A DNA stretch of 64,000 nucleotides, taken from assembly GCA_963836075.1 (NCBI GenBank), contig CAWIIB010000001.1, forward strand, positions 1,920,001-1,984,000, read 5' to 3'. A program made the position numbers and the translations under genes. The notes under the pieces are model-generated. The model saw only the letters and a list, made by a program, of their open reading frames with translations. It made no database searches and was not told the DNA's origin. This stretch comes from an uncultured Acidobacteriota bacterium. GTDB lineage: Bacteria; Acidobacteriota; JAQAZP01. Positions within the stretch are counted from its first letter, which is position 1; the number at the start of each line of letters is the position of its first letter. Of this stretch, positions 62,428-64,000 are shown piece by piece.

Positions 62428-63786
62428 ATGACCGAAAGCAAAACATCCTGGCGCTTCCCCTACGTCTTCTGGATCGCCAACGGTGCGGAGTTGTGCGAGC
62501 GGGCGGCCTATTACGGCACCTTTATCGCCATCACCCTTTACCTGACCCGCGTCGTGGGTCTCAACGATGTCAAGGCTGGTCTGGTCAGTGCAGGGTTTGC
62601 CGGCTTGATCTACCTCGTGCCTTTCTTCACCGGGGCCATGGCCGACCGCATCGGCTTTCGCAAGGCGTTGATCCTCGCCTTTGCCCTGCTCACTATTGGC
62701 TACGGCTCGCTGGGGGTCTTCAACACCCTCGGGCCGGTACTGATCGGCCTCTTCCTGGTGTGCATCGGCGGCGGTATCGTCAAACCGGTGATCACCGGGA
62801 CGGCGTCGAAGTGTTCCAGCTCGTTAAACCGGGCCCGGGCCTTCAGCATCTTCTACATGGTGGTCAACATCGGCTCGTTTACCGGCAAGACCATCGTCGC
62901 CCCGATGCGGATCCAGATGGGCGTGGCCACCGTGCCCTGGTTTTCCTCGGCAGCGGCCCTGGTGGCACTGATCTTCGTCGCGCTCTTCTATCACCCGCAG
63001 AAGATCGACCCCGCCCAGGTGAGCAGCGTCAAGGAAACCCTCAAGGGCATGTGGCTGGCGATCAAGAATATCCGTTTCGACTGCCTGATCCTGATCACCG
63101 CCGGGTTCTGGGCCATCCAGGGCCAGCTCTACGCCGCCATGCCCAAGTACGTGCTGCGGATGGCCGGCGAGGAATACAAACCGGAGTGGTATGCCAACGT
63201 CAACCCGCTGGTGGTGGTGCTCTTCGTGGTGCTGATCACCCACCTGGTGCGGCGCTGGAAACCGGAGGCCTCGATCCTGGTGGCCATGGCGCTGATCGGC
63301 ATCTCGCCGCTGACCATGGCCTCCTCGCACCTCTTCAGCTCCAACTTCAACATCCTCGGCATGTCGGTCCACCCGATCACCGCCCTGATGGTGGTGGGTA
63401 TCGCCATCCAGGGGCTGGCCGAGTGCTTCCTCAGCCCCAAGTATCTGGAGTATGCGTCGAAACAGGCTCCCAAGGGCATGGAGGGCACCTTCCTCGGTTT
63501 TGCCCACATCAACACCTTTTTCGCCTGGATTTTCGGGTTTATCTTTTCGGGCTTCCTGCTCAGTGCGTACTGCCCCGAGCCGGGAACCCTGTCCGAGGCG
63601 GCGCAGAAGGCCCACCAGCTTTACCTGGCCGGTGAGGGCCCGCTGCCCAGCGCTTACGCCCACGCCCACTATCTGTGGTACGCCTACGTGGGGGTGGGGG
63701 CCTTCTCCTTCCTGATGCTGCTGCTCTACATCTTCGTGACGAACAGGATCGACGCGAGGAAAGCGGCGGATCCCCAGGCCGGATAG
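62428..63786 (+). CDS. MFS transporter, POT/PTR peptide-transporter-like
   Basis: ELCERAAYYG (ExxERxxYYG), ADRIG, FSIFYMVVNIGS. Confidence 0.9.
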   Translation: MTESKTSWRFPYVFWIANGAELCERAAYYGTFIAITLYLTRVVGLNDVKAGLVSAGFAGLIYLVPFFTGAMADRIGFRKALILAFALLTIGYGSLGVFNTLGPVLIGLFLVCIGGGIVKPVITGTASKCSSSLNRARAFSIFYMVVNIGSFTGKTIVAPMRIQMGVATVPWFSSAAALVALIFVALFYHPQKIDPAQVSSVKETLKGMWLAIKNIRFDCLILITAGFWAIQGQLYAAMPKYVLRMAGEEYKPEWYANVNPLVVVLFVVLITHLVRRWKPEASILVAMALIGISPLTMASSHLFSSNFNILGMSVHPITALMVVGIAIQGLAECFLSPKYLEYASKQAPKGMEGTFLGFAHINTFFAWIFGFIFSGFLLSAYCPEPGTLSEAAQKAHQLYLAGEGPLPSAYAHAHYLWYAYVGVGAFSFLMLLLYIFVTNRIDARKAADPQAG

Positions 63787-63806
63787 TTGATCTGACGTCT
63801 GCAATT

Positions 63807-63837
63807 GGCCGGATTTCCATGGGAAGTCCGGCCTTTT
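63807..63837 (+). terminator. Probable Rho-independent terminator
   Basis: ggccggatttcc-atg-ggaagtccggcc-tttt. Confidence 0.75.
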
Positions 63838-63857
63838 CGGTTTCAGAGGGAGGAGGC

Positions 63858-64000
63858 ATGATGGACTGGAAAAAGATGATGTACAACGACAGATTCCCCA
63901 GGTCCAACACCTATGACCCGGAATTTGTCGCTGAAAACCAGATGGGACCAAACGCCCTTTGGCTCATGGAATGGCTTACTGAAAAAATCGAGATCAGGGA
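63858..64000 (+). CDS. 5' end of a probable SAM-dependent methyltransferase
   Basis: GGAGGAGG RBS; MMDWKKMMYNDRFPRSNTYDPEFVAENQMGPNALWLMEWLTEKIEIR; truncated by the window end. Confidence 0.6.
   Translation, partial: MMDWKKMMYNDRFPRSNTYDPEFVAENQMGPNALWLMEWLTEKIEIR

Overview
High-GC bacterial chromosomal window with no rRNA, tRNA, CRISPR array or recognisable integrase/transposase. The genes point to an anaerobe or facultative anaerobe with a periplasm; the lineage cannot be assigned from this sequence. The main signal is seven secreted proteins with unrelated N-terminal regions (three beta-helix, two FG-GAP propeller types, an M23 peptidase, a C25 gingipain-like protease). All end in the same gap-free 114-residue C-terminal domain (C-x-P-x2-G-x2-PF...EDVTPAPYNQPPYPPxGDT...CTVTGIAP), which looks like an undescribed sorting or anchoring tag. 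Five of them form a tandem array (0.7-11 kb) in which each gene has a conserved promoter plus upstream box. The C25 gene lies between two copies of the 3' end of a carbamoyltransferase gene. The second notable unit (11.8-19.2 kb) is a sigma-54 operon: small protein, degenerate macrodomain, NarI/HmcE-like membrane protein, HdrD/HmcF-like Fe-S protein fused to a receiver, Cys-rich PAS kinase and receiver. It lies next to an enhancer-binding protein with an ArsC/LMW-PTP N-terminal domain. The rest is surface-glycan modification genes, an HrpB-like helicase, Ser/Thr kinase and FHA signalling, a MacAB-type ABC system, perR-katG, two decayed genes (one a likely selenoprotein with a SECIS-like hairpin) and housekeeping genes. 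Several single-base frameshifts are probably sequencing or assembly errors.
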